From assembly GCA_951406725.2 (NCBI GenBank), contig OX597830.1, positions 33,914,001 through 33,978,000 on the forward strand: a DNA stretch of 64,000 bases. Reading direction: 5' to 3'. Position 1 is the first letter of the stretch; each line of letters opens with the position of its first letter. The position numbers and the translations under genes were made by a program. This DNA comes from Octopus vulgaris (Eukaryota). The notes beneath the pieces are model-generated. The model was not told the DNA's origin. It searched no databases and saw only the letters and a list, made by a program, of their open reading frames with translations. This document shows, piece by piece, positions 37,331 to 50,716 of this stretch.

Positions 37331-37597
37331 CCATTTTCATCGTAATAACTCCAGGTAAATGGAAAGTCAGAATACAGTTAAATAGACAGCAATGATTTAT
37401 CCATGAAATGGAATCATATACTATATCAATTACTGACACATAAACAGTGATATAATATGATTTTGCCCATTAGATAGAGGCATATATTATATGGATATAT
37501 CAAAAATATACATGTACATAGGAAAACATGCACATTGATGTGTGTAGGTTTGTGTACATATATGGCTCTCCCCCTTTCTCCATATATACATACATGC

Positions 37598-37642
<45 letters not shown>

Positions 37643-38363
37643 TGTTTGTGCTTATGGAAATATATGTTTGTATGATGGATGTACAATTGATCATCCAATA
37701 TATGTTTGGTTGCTTGTTTTTATGACACTACCCCTCAACATTAAACTTAATTAGCATCAAAGAAAAACAATTGATAAAACCCTGCTCTTTTTTATGTAGA
37801 TTTCCTTCATCAATACCAAATATAAGGTGTTTCCCCAAGTTCCTTGAATACAGTTGCTCATCATATCCATGTTCATTCATTCTGTCAACATCTTTTCAAT
37901 CCAATAATGTTACAAATAAAATTACCCATCTCTGATGATTTGACAATAAGACGTGGTTATGTAATTTAATTTCCTTACATTGATGAAACATTTGTAAGAT
38001 GATTTAACTAAATGCCTTGTAAACAATCTCTAATGTTTCCTTGTATTTTCTACATGTACTCTGTAAATCACCTAGACGCAGGATTCATAGAAAATGATAC
38101 AAATACTCAAATGGAACAAAACATAGTGTTCTAAGTGCTGGTTATTTGTCATAAGATTCAAGTTTACATATATATACATTCAATCGTCACTAATTGTAAC
38201 TGAGGGTACTGAATATCACCTATATCGCTAGAAATATGTTAAAGACCCTTAAAGCTGCATAAGCAGACTAGTTTGTCATTTATTACAGACTTTCCAGCAG
38301 TGTCTACCCCTATTGCTCAAATGGTTCAGCTAAAACCCTCCATCAGTATATATGTATATACAT

Positions 38364-38401
<38 letters not shown>

Positions 38402-39275
38402 GTGTGTGTATGTATATATTTATATATGTATATATATCATATAAATGTATGACTGATTTAGTGGAATTCTGTGTATAATAAAAATCAATATAAGCAGCTA
38501 TGTGCAATATAAAACCATACAGGAAAAATTTAATCTTCGCTAAAGATGACCAGTGGTTCCCCAGCTTTGTTCATGGGGTGGTTATCTCCCCTGTCATTGT
38601 ATATAAAATGTGCGCTTACACAGTTTTAAGCGTTTAACTCTTATCTCTAGTAATACATACATGTGTTGTTCAGCACCCTCAATCACAATTAGTGACGATT
38701 AAATATTTCCTTCATGGTTTTATATTGCATGTAGATGCTTATGTGTGGGGGGGGGGGATACTAAAGCAGACATGGTGAATACACCCCCCCCCCCGCTACG
38801 TTTTGTTTGATTTTTCATTCTGCAAGCATTTCTTTGTAGCCTGATGCTTTCAGCAATGCAAATTATGATTTCACTGTAAAAAAAAACAGCATTTCAAAAT
38901 TTCAGCTATCATCCATATATATGTGCAATTTTTATTGCTTTACACTATTTTCCAAAAATTTCTTGGGAATTTTCATGTAGGAAATACAAAATATATGATG
39001 ATTACAAAAATTTTTAATTCAAATTTTTTAAATTACCACTTCCATCAACACTTACTCTTACTGTTCCCCCTCTTCTGCTACTGCTTTTCCACATTACCCA
39101 TTCTTGTTTTGTCTACCATTGCTATTAGCTATCATTCCTCTCCTGTATCCACCACAACAATCCTGTCTACCATTTTTATATTCATGCTCCATCACCCATT
39201 CATTCACACCTTTCTGCTGCTACTGTTCTCACCTATTCCCCTCCTTGGTCACATTGTTTATGTGAAAGTCCATAA

Positions 39276-39686
39276 GGGTGGCTGTGTGATAAGTAGCTTG
39301 CTTACCAAAAACATGGTTCTGGGTTCAATCCCAATGCGTGGCACCTTGGGCAAGTGTCTTCTACTATAGCCTCGGACTGACCAAAGCCTTGTGAGTGGAT
39401 TTGGTAGATGGAAACTGAAAGAAGCCCATTGTATATATGTATATATATGTGTGTATATATGTATGTGTGTGTATATGTTTGTGTGTCTGTATTTGTCTCC
39501 CCCAACATCGCTTGACAACCGATGGTGGTGTGTTACATTCCCGTAACTTAGCAGTTCGGCAAAAGAGACTGATAGAATAACTACTAGGCTTACAAAGAAT
39601 AAGTCCTGGGATCGATTTGCTTGACTAAAGGCTGTGCTCCAGCATGGCCACAGTCAAATGACTGAAACAAGTAAGATTAAAAGAGT
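39276..39686 (+). mobile_element. SINE family A (full length)
   Basis: Colinear with 3801-4179. Confidence 0.9.
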
Positions 39687-39974
39687 ATCTGAAGCTACTG
39701 AGTTCTTGCTAGACTCACAGTGCACGTGGCATACTCTTAATGAGCTGGAGCCATGGCTGAAGGTCCTCCCAACTAGAGGTGTCCTGAACAAGCAGGATGA
39801 ATGTAGGGTTAAGAAGTTTTTGTAGTCTAAACACTATGAGAATTTACAAACTGCTTTAGTCTTTGAACCGAAAGTGCAATCTGTAAAGAGGCTGGCATAA
39901 GAAAGGAAAGCAGTCACTGAAATCAAACCCAAATGATGTACACCCACCAGTCAATGAGAACAATAGCCCCCAAT

Positions 39975-40908
39975 AAGACATTACTCGTGTTATTATAGTT
40001 CATTATGCCTCAATGTTTAGTGTGAATTGCTGGTTGCAGTTTGTTGTCCAGCATTTCACTGTAGCCTACACCAGTAACTGTAGACTCCTTTTCCAGGTAA
40101 TGTTCCAAAATAGGCTCGTTTGTGTCCCAAAAACTGGTTAGCATCACTTTTTCTGTGGAAGGTTGAGTCTCAATTTCTTTGTTGCTGGTGATTCTGAGTT
40201 TTTCCACCCCATTCTCTGCCTCTCAATTCTGGCCCAAAGGAATAGACCAAGATCTCATCTTCTATGACAATTCTCTCCAGAAACGCTTTGCCTTCATTGT
40301 TAGTGGTCAAGTAAGTGTTGACAGATCTCCCCCATGATTGTACATATATGATTTGGTAAGCTCATTTTGGCACCTGGCTAGCAAAGTTTTTATGAAAGCA
40401 TAACTTGATAAAGATGATTTTATATGCAGAACCTTGACTAGTTTGTAGAGAATGTGCTACCTCATTGATGGTCACTCGTAGATTCACCAGAACCTATCTC
40501 TGAAACTTGTTGAATCTTCATGTCAGTGGTGGAGGCTGATGGCTATCCTGCTTCCTCTTTGTGCTTGACACTTGTTTCGTCAATTAAAATTTTCTCTATC
40601 CACCCATGCACACTTCTATGTGATAGAGTACTGTCCTTTTATTGTACTAAAAGGCTGCAAGGAATTTCAGCCCCTGACACAGCTTCAGTCAAGAGAAACC
40701 AAATCACTGATATCTATTCTTCTTTGGTGCACACAACAAGCAGAGCGGCTATGTTTACTCTGTAATACAAGAAAGAAAACTGGAGCACACTAAGAGCAAA
40801 CCTTGGTTCCATAGCCTCAAAAATACCACCCTTTAGCTAGCATGGGACCACTGAAAGCATTGTAGCCAATTTAAAGAAAGTTGCAGATGATGCTTATCTT
40901 CCCCTTAA
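39975..40908 (-). pseudogene. Mariner (DD34D-type) transposase pseudogene, 3'-truncated
   Basis: Minus strand: N-terminal AALLVVCTKEE*ISVIWFL..EAVSGAEI near 40750-40660; AFLERIVIEDEILVY (cf. FLxRIVTGDETWV) at about 40286-40242; ORF 40010-40207 TQPSTEKVMLTSFWDTNEPILEHYLEK (cf. SAGKVMLTVFWD). Confidence 0.85.
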
Positions 40909-42789
40909 ATATACATACATACATACATATACAAGCATACACACACACACACATGGATATATTACTTAGTTTCACATTTCTGCTTTCAGGTTAGAATTTT
41001 AAAAACATAAACTCTACTTAATGAATTGAGTACTTTTTACTTTCGTTTGTAAAATCAAATTCCTTTTCACACATTCACTCCCCCGTACATGTACATACAA
41101 AATCAAATATATCTTTCTCACATATCTCCCCATGTATATAACATGTGAATATATATATATACACATATGAGTAAATATATATATATACATACAATATACA
41201 TACATGCAAATACAAGCATACATACACATGTGAATATATATATCAAGTGGATATTTATGATAGTGTAATCTTGTGAGAATTCAAATATCAGGTTTAGTAA
41301 AAGATTTTGGTGTAAATTGATAATGTCTAGTAGTAGTAGTAGTAGTAGTTATGGTAGTGGTAGTATTAGTAGTAGTAGTATGGAAAACAACAATGATTCT
41401 TATGCGGTTCTTATTTATCCAGGCTGGAATTCAAACAATTCTTGGCAAGATATTAGATGCACGAAACAAAACCCATTCTGTTAAAATTATAGCTTTTGAC
41501 TTAATGAAGTCATTTCGCCTTCTTTAGTCCATTCGTAATCAAATTTGATACGGAGAAAACAAGGTCAAACGTTAAAGCCACCCCCCCACCACCACCACCA
41601 TCGCATCCTCCCCTCACTCCATCTCTCTCCCTTCATCCAATCCATTTTCTCTCTCTCCCTCCTCGCCCCCCCCCATTCCCCCCCTCCCCGCCTTGCCTCC
41701 ACACCCAAATTTTACAAACCCTCATTATGGTAATACAGTAAGGCCTGTGCTGTATCATTGTCATTAGCGTTGAATACAACAGTGACAGCAGCTACACTAA
41801 TGACAGATATCAATATAGGAAAAGCTAAATTATGAAGACTTTCTCATCTGATCATTTATTAAAAGCAATTAGTAAGTATTCTTGGTAAGAATATATCCAA
41901 CATTTGGTAAACATTCTGATTCTGATTCTCTGATTCTGACTGGTTTCCAAACTGACTTCACCCTGACCCTCACCCCCACCACCACCACCACTACCACTAC
42001 CACCACCGCACCGCTGCCGCCACCACCATCACCAACACCATCACCGCCACTAATAATAACAGCAACAGCAACACCCGACTTGCAAACGCCACCATCCATA
42101 CGTTATGATACATGACAGCACACTACTACAATATTCCATGCCATGCTATGCCTTGCCATGCCAGGCCATGCCAAGGCCAGGCTAGGCCAGGCCAGGCCAG
42201 GCCAAGCCAATCCAAGCCATGCCCTACCTTACCATACCATGCACTATGGTGTGATATATTACATCATTGCACACACCAGGCTTTTAAACATCACACTAAG
42301 CAAACCAATGAAGGAGACTCAACATGGTTCACTTGCTACTTTTTTTAATTCTTTTTAATTAGATCAGTCACTGAACCCTGGCCATGCTGGGGCACTGCCT
42401 TGAAGTATTTAGTTGAACAGGTCTACCCCAGTGTTTATATTAAGTTAGGTACTCTGTGGTAAAAAGCTTGCTTCCCAACGACACAGTTCTGGGTTCAGTC
42501 ACACTAGGTGGCACCTTGGGCCAACCAAAGCCTTGTGAGTGGATTTGGTTGATGGAAACTGAAAAGAAGCCCATTGTGTGTGTATGTGTGTATATATATA
42601 TATACATACAATAGCAGATGTAACCATGGCTGTGTGGTTAAAAAGTTTCCTTTCCAACCACATGGTTTCAGGTTCAGCCCCATTGCATGGCACCTTGGAA
42701 TTTTTTTTTCTTTTTCTACTACAAACATGAGCTGACCAAAGTCTTGTGATTGGATTTTGTAGACTGAAACTAAGAGAACCTGCTTTCTT

Positions 42790-42987
42790 TTCCTCTTTGT
42801 TGCTTCAGTCATTTGATTGTGGCCATGCTGAAGCAATGCTTTTAGTTCAACCAATTGGCAATGGGACTTATTCTTTGTAAACCTAGTACTTATTCTATCA
42901 TTCTCTTTTGCTGAACCACTAAATTACAGGGATGTCAACACACCTGCAGCAGTTGTCAAGCAATGGTGGGGGGGTACAAACACAGAT

Positions 42988-43035
<48 letters not shown>

Positions 43036-43206
43036 GTGCAGGAGTGGCTGTGTGATAAGAAGCTTGCTTCCCGACCACATGGTTCCAGGTTCAGTCTCAC
43101 TATGTGGCAACTTGGGCAAGTGTCTTCTGCTATAGCCTCGGGCTGACCAAAGCATTGTGAGTGGATTTGGTACACGGAAACTGAAAGAAGCCCGTCATAT
43201 ATATAC

Positions 43207-43249
<43 letters not shown>

Positions 43250-43626
43250 TATGTGTGTGTGTATATATGTATATGTTTGTGTGTCTGTGCTTGTTTCCCC
43301 ACTGTTGCTTGATGACCGATGTCAGTGTGTTTACATTCCTGTAATTTAGCAATTCACCAAAAGAGACCAATCGAATAAGTACTGGGGTCAGTTTGTTTTA
43401 CTAAAGGCAGTGCTCCAGCATGGCCGCAGTCAAATGACTGAAACGAAAGAATAAAAGAAGATATATGATGGGCTTCTTCCAGTTTCCATCTACCAAATCC
43501 ACTCACAAGGTTTTGGTCAGCCTGAGGCTATAGTAGAAGACACCTACCCAAAGTGCCATGCAGTGGGACTGAACCTGAGACCATCTGGTTGGGAAGCAAG
43601 TCTCTTACCACATAGCCAAGCCTGCA
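42790..43626 (-). mobile_element. SINE family A (minus) split by a nested opposite-orientation family A copy
   Basis: 3' half at 42790-42990, (TA)n, inserted plus copy at 43034-43459, then the 5' head at 43466-43626. Confidence 0.85.
43034..43459 (+). mobile_element. SINE family A (full length, nested)
   Basis: gggtgcaggagtggctgtgtg...cagtcaaatgactgaaacgaaagaataaaagaa. Confidence 0.9.
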
Positions 43627-44014
43627 TCTGTTGTGCATATATTCTTTAGTTGTCCCTTACTTCGTAGATGTTCAATGCCACCTCAGCGTCATTGCCATAT
43701 CTTAGAGGAGAGAATTTAGATAATTATATGTATGTGTATGTGTACTGTAAATATGCTTCTGTCTCCTTTTTTGGCATTGAATGATTGTTGTAATAGACTG
43801 GTAATGATTGACATTCAATCATTACCAGTCAATCATTACCAGTCTATTACAAGAACATACCTTAGCATGTAGAAATATTACCTTACTTTGAAATAGCTGA
43901 GGACTAGTGTCAGGAAAGGCATCCAGACGTAGAAAAATCTGCCTAAATAAACATCAGCTAACCCATGCAAGCATGGAATTATATACATTAAAACAATGGT
44001 GATATATACATGCA

Positions 44015-44333
44015 TGGAGGTGCAATGGCCCAGTGGTTAGGGCAGTGGCCTCGCGGTTGGAGGATCACTGTTTCGATTCCCAGACCAGGCGTTTTGTGTG
44101 TTTATTGAGCGAAAACACCTAAAGCTCCATGAGGCTCTGGCAAGGTGTGGTGGTGACGCCTGTTGTACTCTTTCACCCCAATTTTCTCTCACTCTTTCTT
44201 CCTGTTTCTTAAGTAATGCTGCGATGGACTGGCGTCCCGTCTAGCTGGTGGGGAACACATACGCCACAGAAACCTGGAAACCGGGCCCATGAGCCTGGCT
44301 AGGCTTGAAAAGGGCGCATAGATAAATAAATAA
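44015..44333 (+). mobile_element. tRNA-derived SINE family D, tail variant 2
   Basis: Head tggaggtgcaatggcccagtggttagggcag...gtttcgattccc; tail gctgcgatggactggcgtcccgtc (V-SINE-like motif) ending in (ATAA)n. Confidence 0.85.
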
Positions 44334-45504
44334 TATATACATGCAATAGGCTTCCACACAGTTTCCGTCAACCAAATTCACCGACATTGCATTCATTGGA
44401 AGGGAGCTGTATTAGAATGCTCAGGGTGCAATACTGTAGAACTGAACCCAAAGCCATGTGCTTGGAAAACAAACTTTTTAACCACGCATTCATGTTTGTT
44501 GTTTCTCATCTTGTCCAAACCTAGTGGTAGTTGTTACATTTTCTCAAATCCTACCCTACCATTTTAGAAAAACACTTTGAATAATCAATAATACATCTCT
44601 GTCCTCCTGGGGCTACAAGCTACAGTAGCATCCACCCTTAAGGGTTAGTCACATTTAAGTAGCAAATATACTTCACTTTGAATAATGTTGTCATGACTGG
44701 AATGTTATTGATTATAGGTCATAGGTCAGCTCAATCAAGGCCTAGACCTGTGGTTAAAGGCCTCAACAACATTTCACTTTACCATATAGTACCATGCTTT
44801 GAAATGCTGCACCAAGTTATAACTAAAGGGTTGTGGTCTTGGGCAGTTTTCAATCGAAAGAGACAAAAAAGACAGAAGGGCCATGGCTGGAATCTCTTAG
44901 ATTTGAGCAATCAAAATCAATTAGGGCCCAGCAACAACAATTTCACATATCATACATAAGCACCCTGCCAAGCTATACCACATCACCTGCTGACAATGAA
45001 ACACCACTCAACAGGTGGCACCACAACACAAGGACACACTGAAATGACATATTAATACTCTGAGCCATCTTAAGACTTACAATGCTTCGAGAATATTCTC
45101 ATTTGTATCATATATTCATCATTCTTCTATAGTTTATATGTATATGTACTTAGCAAATTCAATTACTGCACTATACATCAAACGAGGTGTGTGTGTGTGT
45201 GTGCATGTATGTGTGTGAAAATACATATGTGTATATAGTTATGTGCTTATAATGTAGATATAGATACATTTAATTGTATTTATATGTAAATATCTATTTA
45301 TATATATAAGCATATATGTGCATATATATATATATGTGTGTGTGCGTGTGTGTGTGTGTGTTCATACGAGTGTGTGGAAATGTGTGTGCCACAACTGATA
45401 AATACACACATATATTGGATATTTATACACCTACATACATGTATGTGTATATATGTGTGTATATATACATGTACTTACATTGAAGCTGGTGGATGTTTAA
45501 TGAT

Positions 45505-45574
<70 letters not shown>

Positions 45575-45685
45575 CTTGTATGTATGCATATACACACACA
45601 CACATACAAATGTATGCAATGCAATACTTACTACGCAGAAATAAATTATTACATATACATAAATATATGTATGTATGTAAGTATG

Positions 45686-45734
<49 letters not shown>

Positions 45735-46048
45735 TCATATATATATATATGTATGTATATATATACACACACACCCACACACATATATATCAAAAACTGT
45801 TAACATTGAAGAATGTTTCATTAATGACACTGGGAAATTACTCCTGTAAATGATTAATCAAAATCTTTGATAACGAGCAATTTGATTCAAAACTAACTAC
45901 TTTGAAATGTATTTAGTAGTGTATGTCTGCCTGCACTCTAACACAATAGCATATATGTGCACATTATGCATACACACACACATGTATGTAGATATAGCGA
46001 CATAGATATACATAAATGTGTATATATATAAGTATATGTATATATGTA

Positions 46049-46090
<42 letters not shown>

Positions 46091-46417
46091 TGAGGGAGAG
46101 AGAGGTGTCAATGTAGAGATATTGATATACAAAAAGACACACATTTGCAGACAGTTCCATAGAGTAACGAGTTAGGATTCTTCTAATAATATATGTATAT
46201 TTTGATTTCATTTGACTCAGCCAAATTTTGTAGAAGGTGTGTAATTGATGGAATCTTATTTTACTTATGGACCTAATTATTTTCTCAACCCCAGAGGAAT
46301 GGATAATCAAAATGAAATCTGGCAGAATTAAACCAGCAATGTAGAGAGTAGAATTTCAAAACTGAATCTCATAAAGGTTTCACTTTGAGTATGGACTGTT
46401 TGTTTTTATTTGTATAT

Positions 46418-46623
46418 ACTCTTTACTCCTTTACTTGTTTCAGTCATTTGACTGTGTCCATGCTGGAGCACCGCCTTTAATCGAGCAACTCGACCCCGGG
46501 ACTTATTCTTTTGTAAGCCCAGTACTTATTCTATCGGTCTCTTTTGCCTAATCGCTAAGTAACGGGGACATAAACACACCAGCATCGGTTGTCAAGCAAT
46601 GCTAGGGGGACAAACACAGACAC
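46418..46623 (-). mobile_element. SINE family A, 3' half
   Basis: acttgtttcagtcatttgactg...gggacaaacacagacac. Confidence 0.85.
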
Positions 46624-47114
46624 GTTTTTTTTGTTTTTTCTTTGTATCTTCATATGCACAGAACAAATGGTAATGCCCAGCGTATCTGAGACTGTAGGAC
46701 TGAGGGAACAAGTTTTCCTTGAGCCAGAGACGTGGCTCAAATACTTGCAACAGAGTGAGCTCAGCTAAATGCTTCCAGAAATGACAAGCGGGGGTTACAT
46801 GAAATGACGGTTTCAGTTTGTTGCCTAAGAACTCAGAAGGCAAATATCTGGAACAAATATAGCAATGTGATCCCACCTCAAAATGTGGTTTGCAAAATCT
46901 ATTTCTGCTGTCAAGGCATTTGACAAATAAGTGGGACATCGGCAGGTAATTTTGAACACTGAAAAAAAAAAGATTATTGACTGATTTGTTAAAATTGATG
47001 CTGAAAATAAGGATTAAAATATATGGAAAGACGCGAATGAATTTATCTGCCAGCTCAATATGGATGCATGTATGTATGCATATTTGTATGTATGTATATA
47101 TGTATGTATGTATG

Positions 47115-47148
<34 letters not shown>

Positions 47149-48589
47149 TGTATGTATATATGTATAACTCTGTTTTTAATCATTTAAATTCTTGCTCTGT
47201 AGAAAGAGCTGGTTTCTAACAAAGATACAAAGCTCCATCTTTGTAATGTAGATAACGAAAACAATGTCACATTTTAAACCTGAGAAAAGGCTTGCATAGT
47301 TTTACCGTTCTGCTTACAGATAGTATTTATAGTTTGTCAGTCAGTTGGTTGAGTACTTTTTCTGAAAACCCAAGCTTATCCAAACTGACAATTAGGCATT
47401 TATACCAATTATTATTGGTATAAATGTAAATTTCTAATCTGAAGTTTTCAAAGCAGTCATCCTTAATTATATTCTTTCTCTTTGATTTTGAAAGAGATAT
47501 TCACATCAACAAGACAGCTTACTTCTATTTCCTAATTTCTCCCAAACAACAATATCTGACCTGTTATCCTTACACCTGACAGATGTTTTGATAGGAATAT
47601 TCCACCAGTATTCCTTGTGTTATTTGTGCACTTATTCAATAACAAGGGGATTCTCTGTAATTATTCCAGAAGTCTTTTTTCCAAATGGCCTTATATATTT
47701 TTTTGTGACAATGTCATGTTGTATAGGGAGGTAGAATCTTATGTATGCATGTAACTTAAATATACTCAAATGCACATTTTATTCTATGCTCGTCATGTCA
47801 TATCCTTTCGCTTGATTTTTGTCTACTGCACACTGTGAATACCCTGTGAAAATCTCAAGTTTACTACAAGGCATGCAATCATAAACATTTGAGTGTAACT
47901 TGATCTTTGTAACAACTTTATTTCCAATCAGATTTTATTAATTTATTAATTTCTATTTTATCCTCAATTGTAATGTTTTAAATAATAAAAGAACACAGTG
48001 CAACATACATATCTATGTATATATGCACATTTCTATGTATGTATGTATGTATGTATGTGAGTGAGTGACTGAATGAGTGATATTTCTACATTATGATAAA
48101 ACTAAAAAATCAAAAGTGATATATTGCAGGGGATTTTGATATCCTTTGCAATAAACAAGGGATATCAAAATCATTAGTATGATGAATAACATTGTATTGT
48201 ATTGTATTGGCTAAGTCCTTTTAGATCCTGCTTATATCTCTTTGCACCCAAGATGTTTTCGCCTTTCATCTTCCCAAAGTCTTCTATTATAATTCTATTC
48301 ATATCTAGAATGAATTTTAAGCATATAAATCCACATCCATAATTGACTGATCCCAGAAAGATGAAAGACGAAGTTGCTCCAACAATTCTACAATTCCACT
48401 GATAAATAAGTACCAAAGTAATTGAGAAGATTTAATTTCGCAAAAACTCTTAAAGGCTATGCCAAATCATGACTGTATTTCAACAATCAAGACCAATAAA
48501 AGACTATAAAAGACTACACATACATTTGAAGAGATATCTTTCTTTTTGTTTGTGTGTGTGTTTGTACAGATACTTGCATACGTATATAA

Positions 48590-48978
48590 GCGCAGGAGTG
48601 GCTGTGTGGTAAATAGCTTGCTTACCAACCACATGGTTCTGGGTTCAGTCCCACTGTATGGCACCTAGGGCAAGTGTCTTCTACTATAGCCTCAGGCCAA
48701 CCAAAGCCTTGTGAGTGGATCTGTTAGACGGAAACTGAAAGAAGCCAGTCGGGTATAGGTATATATATATGTGTTTGTCCCCCTCCCCCTTCCAACATTG
48801 CTTGGCAACTGATGCTGGTGTGTTTACGTCCCCGAAACTTAGCAGTTCAGCAAAAGAGACCGATAGAATAAGTACTAAGCTTACAGAGAATAAGTCCTGG
48901 GGTCGTTTTCCTTGACTAAAGGTGGTGCTCCAGCGTGGCCACAGTCAAATGACTGAAACAAGTAAAAGAGTAAAAGAG
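48590..48978 (+). mobile_element. SINE family A (full length); extra head at about 49080-49205
   Basis: Colinear with 3801-4179. Confidence 0.9.
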
Positions 48979-49010
48979 AGAGAGAGTATATGTGTGTATA
49001 TGTACAGATA

Positions 49011-49078
<68 letters not shown>

Positions 49079-49365
49079 CGTGACTGTGTGGTAAGAAGCT
49101 TGCTTAGCAACTACTTGGTTCTGGGTTCAGTTCCACAGTGTGGCATCTTGGGCAAGTGTCTTCTACTATAACTTTGGGCAGACCAGAGGTTTATGAGTGG
49201 ATTTACTGGTACTTTACCATTCCTTCCATGCCAGTCTCCTCTTTCTTTTCCTCCTTTCTTTTGTGAGTTGCTTTCTAATCTCCCTTTTTTTTTCTAATAC
49301 ACACACCAGCACTCACTCTTCAAACAAACCACTTCTCATATTTTCCTGTTGTCTCCAATAAGTGT

Positions 49366-49409
<44 letters not shown>

Positions 49410-49455
49410 CTCAGTGGTTAGAGCGTCGAGCTTACGATCGTGAGGTTGTGAGCTT

Positions 49456-49493
<38 letters not shown>

Positions 49494-49495
<2 letters not shown>

Positions 49496-49800
49496 GAGGT
49501 GCAATGGCCCAGTGGTTAGGGCAGCGGACTCGCGGTTGTAGGATCGCGGTTTTGATTCCCAGACCGGGTGTTGTGAGTGTTTATTGAGCGAAAACACCTA
49601 AAAAGCTCCATGAGGCTCTGGCAGGGGGTGGTGATCCCTGCTGTACTCTTTCACCACTCTTTCTCTCACTCTCTCTTCTGTTGGCCTGCTCGCTTAGCCA
49701 GCGGGGTGGCGTCATTCGAAGGCTAAAACAGTGCGAACGCATTGTGACCAGCGATGTGTAACAACATCTGATGTCTGGTTGGTCACGTGATCACGTGATA
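49494..49800 (+). mobile_element. tRNA-derived SINE family D, tail variant 3
   Basis: Same head as 4921 and 44015; distinct tail ending ggtcacgtgatcacgtga inside (TA)n. Confidence 0.85.
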
Positions 49801-50154
49801 TATATATATGCTGACAATGTGTGCATATATGTCTCTCGCTGCATATGTGTGTGTATAAAGACACTTCATGTGTGTACAGTTTGATGTATATGTATAACTA
49901 TGAGTTACAGCTCCACATAGATTACCGTTAGCCAGTGAGCTTCCAGTTTAGTTGTTAATGTACCATTGTACTTTGTAGTGTTACTATTTATGATATACAG
50001 AGCATTTGTAGAGGAAAATTAAGAAAAACAAAAGTATGAATTATCAATAATTCATATTTGCATTTATCTTAATTTTCCAGTATATATATATATATATAAA
50101 TGTTTATATATGTGGGTGTGCATTTATTTGACACTACTCTCAGAATGCATGAAC

Positions 50155-50716
50155 CATCATTAACATCATCTTGGTTTGAAAGGAGCTGGCAAACCAGAAA
50201 ATTGTACCAAGTGCCACTATCTATTTTGCCATAGTTTTCACAGCTGGATGCTCTTCCTAAAGCTAACCACTTTACAGAGTAGACTGGATGCTTTTTATGT
50301 GGCACCAGCACCAACACCAGCAAGGTCCCCTTTTGGCATGGTCTTTATGGCTGGATGCCGTTCGTAATGCCAACCACGTTACAGAGCAGACTAGGTGCTT
50401 ATTATGTGGTACCAGCACCAGCAAAGTCCCTTTTGCCATGGTCTTTATGGTTGGATGCCCTTTATAATGCCAACCACATTAAAGAGCACACTGGGTGCTT
50501 TTTATGTGCCATCAACACCAGCAAGGCCCCCTTTTAGCGTGGTCTTTATGACTGGATGCTCTTCCTACTGCCAACCACGTTACAGAGCAGACTGGGTGTT
50601 TTCTATGTGGCACCAGCACCAGAGAGGTCTTCTTTGGCATGCTTTTTCTAGTTGGATACCATTTCTGACTCCAACCATTTTACAGAGAACACTGGATGCT
50701 TTTTATTTGGCACCAT
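50155..50716 (-). repeat. Family B element expanded into a minisatellite of about 100 bp (5 units)
   Basis: Units start at about 50243, 50350, 50450, 50551 and 50651 (.tggatgc...ccaaccac.ttacagag.agactgg.tgcttt.tatgtggcacca). Confidence 0.85.

Noticed and set aside
46660-46950. Exon-like block with polypyrimidine-CAG acceptor and CAG|GTAAT donor
   Set aside because: All three plus frames contain stops. The minus ORF has only a weak LRYAGH resemblance to RTE proteins, so it cannot be assigned.
48132-48172. Hairpin GATTTTGATATCC...GGATATCAAAATC as a hammerhead
   Set aside because: Core elements deviate on both sides (CTAATGA, AAAA) and there is no stem I.
50243-50716. CRISPR-like regular repeats
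   Set aside because: Whole 100-bp units are homologous with no unique spacers, there are no cas genes, and the context is eukaryotic.
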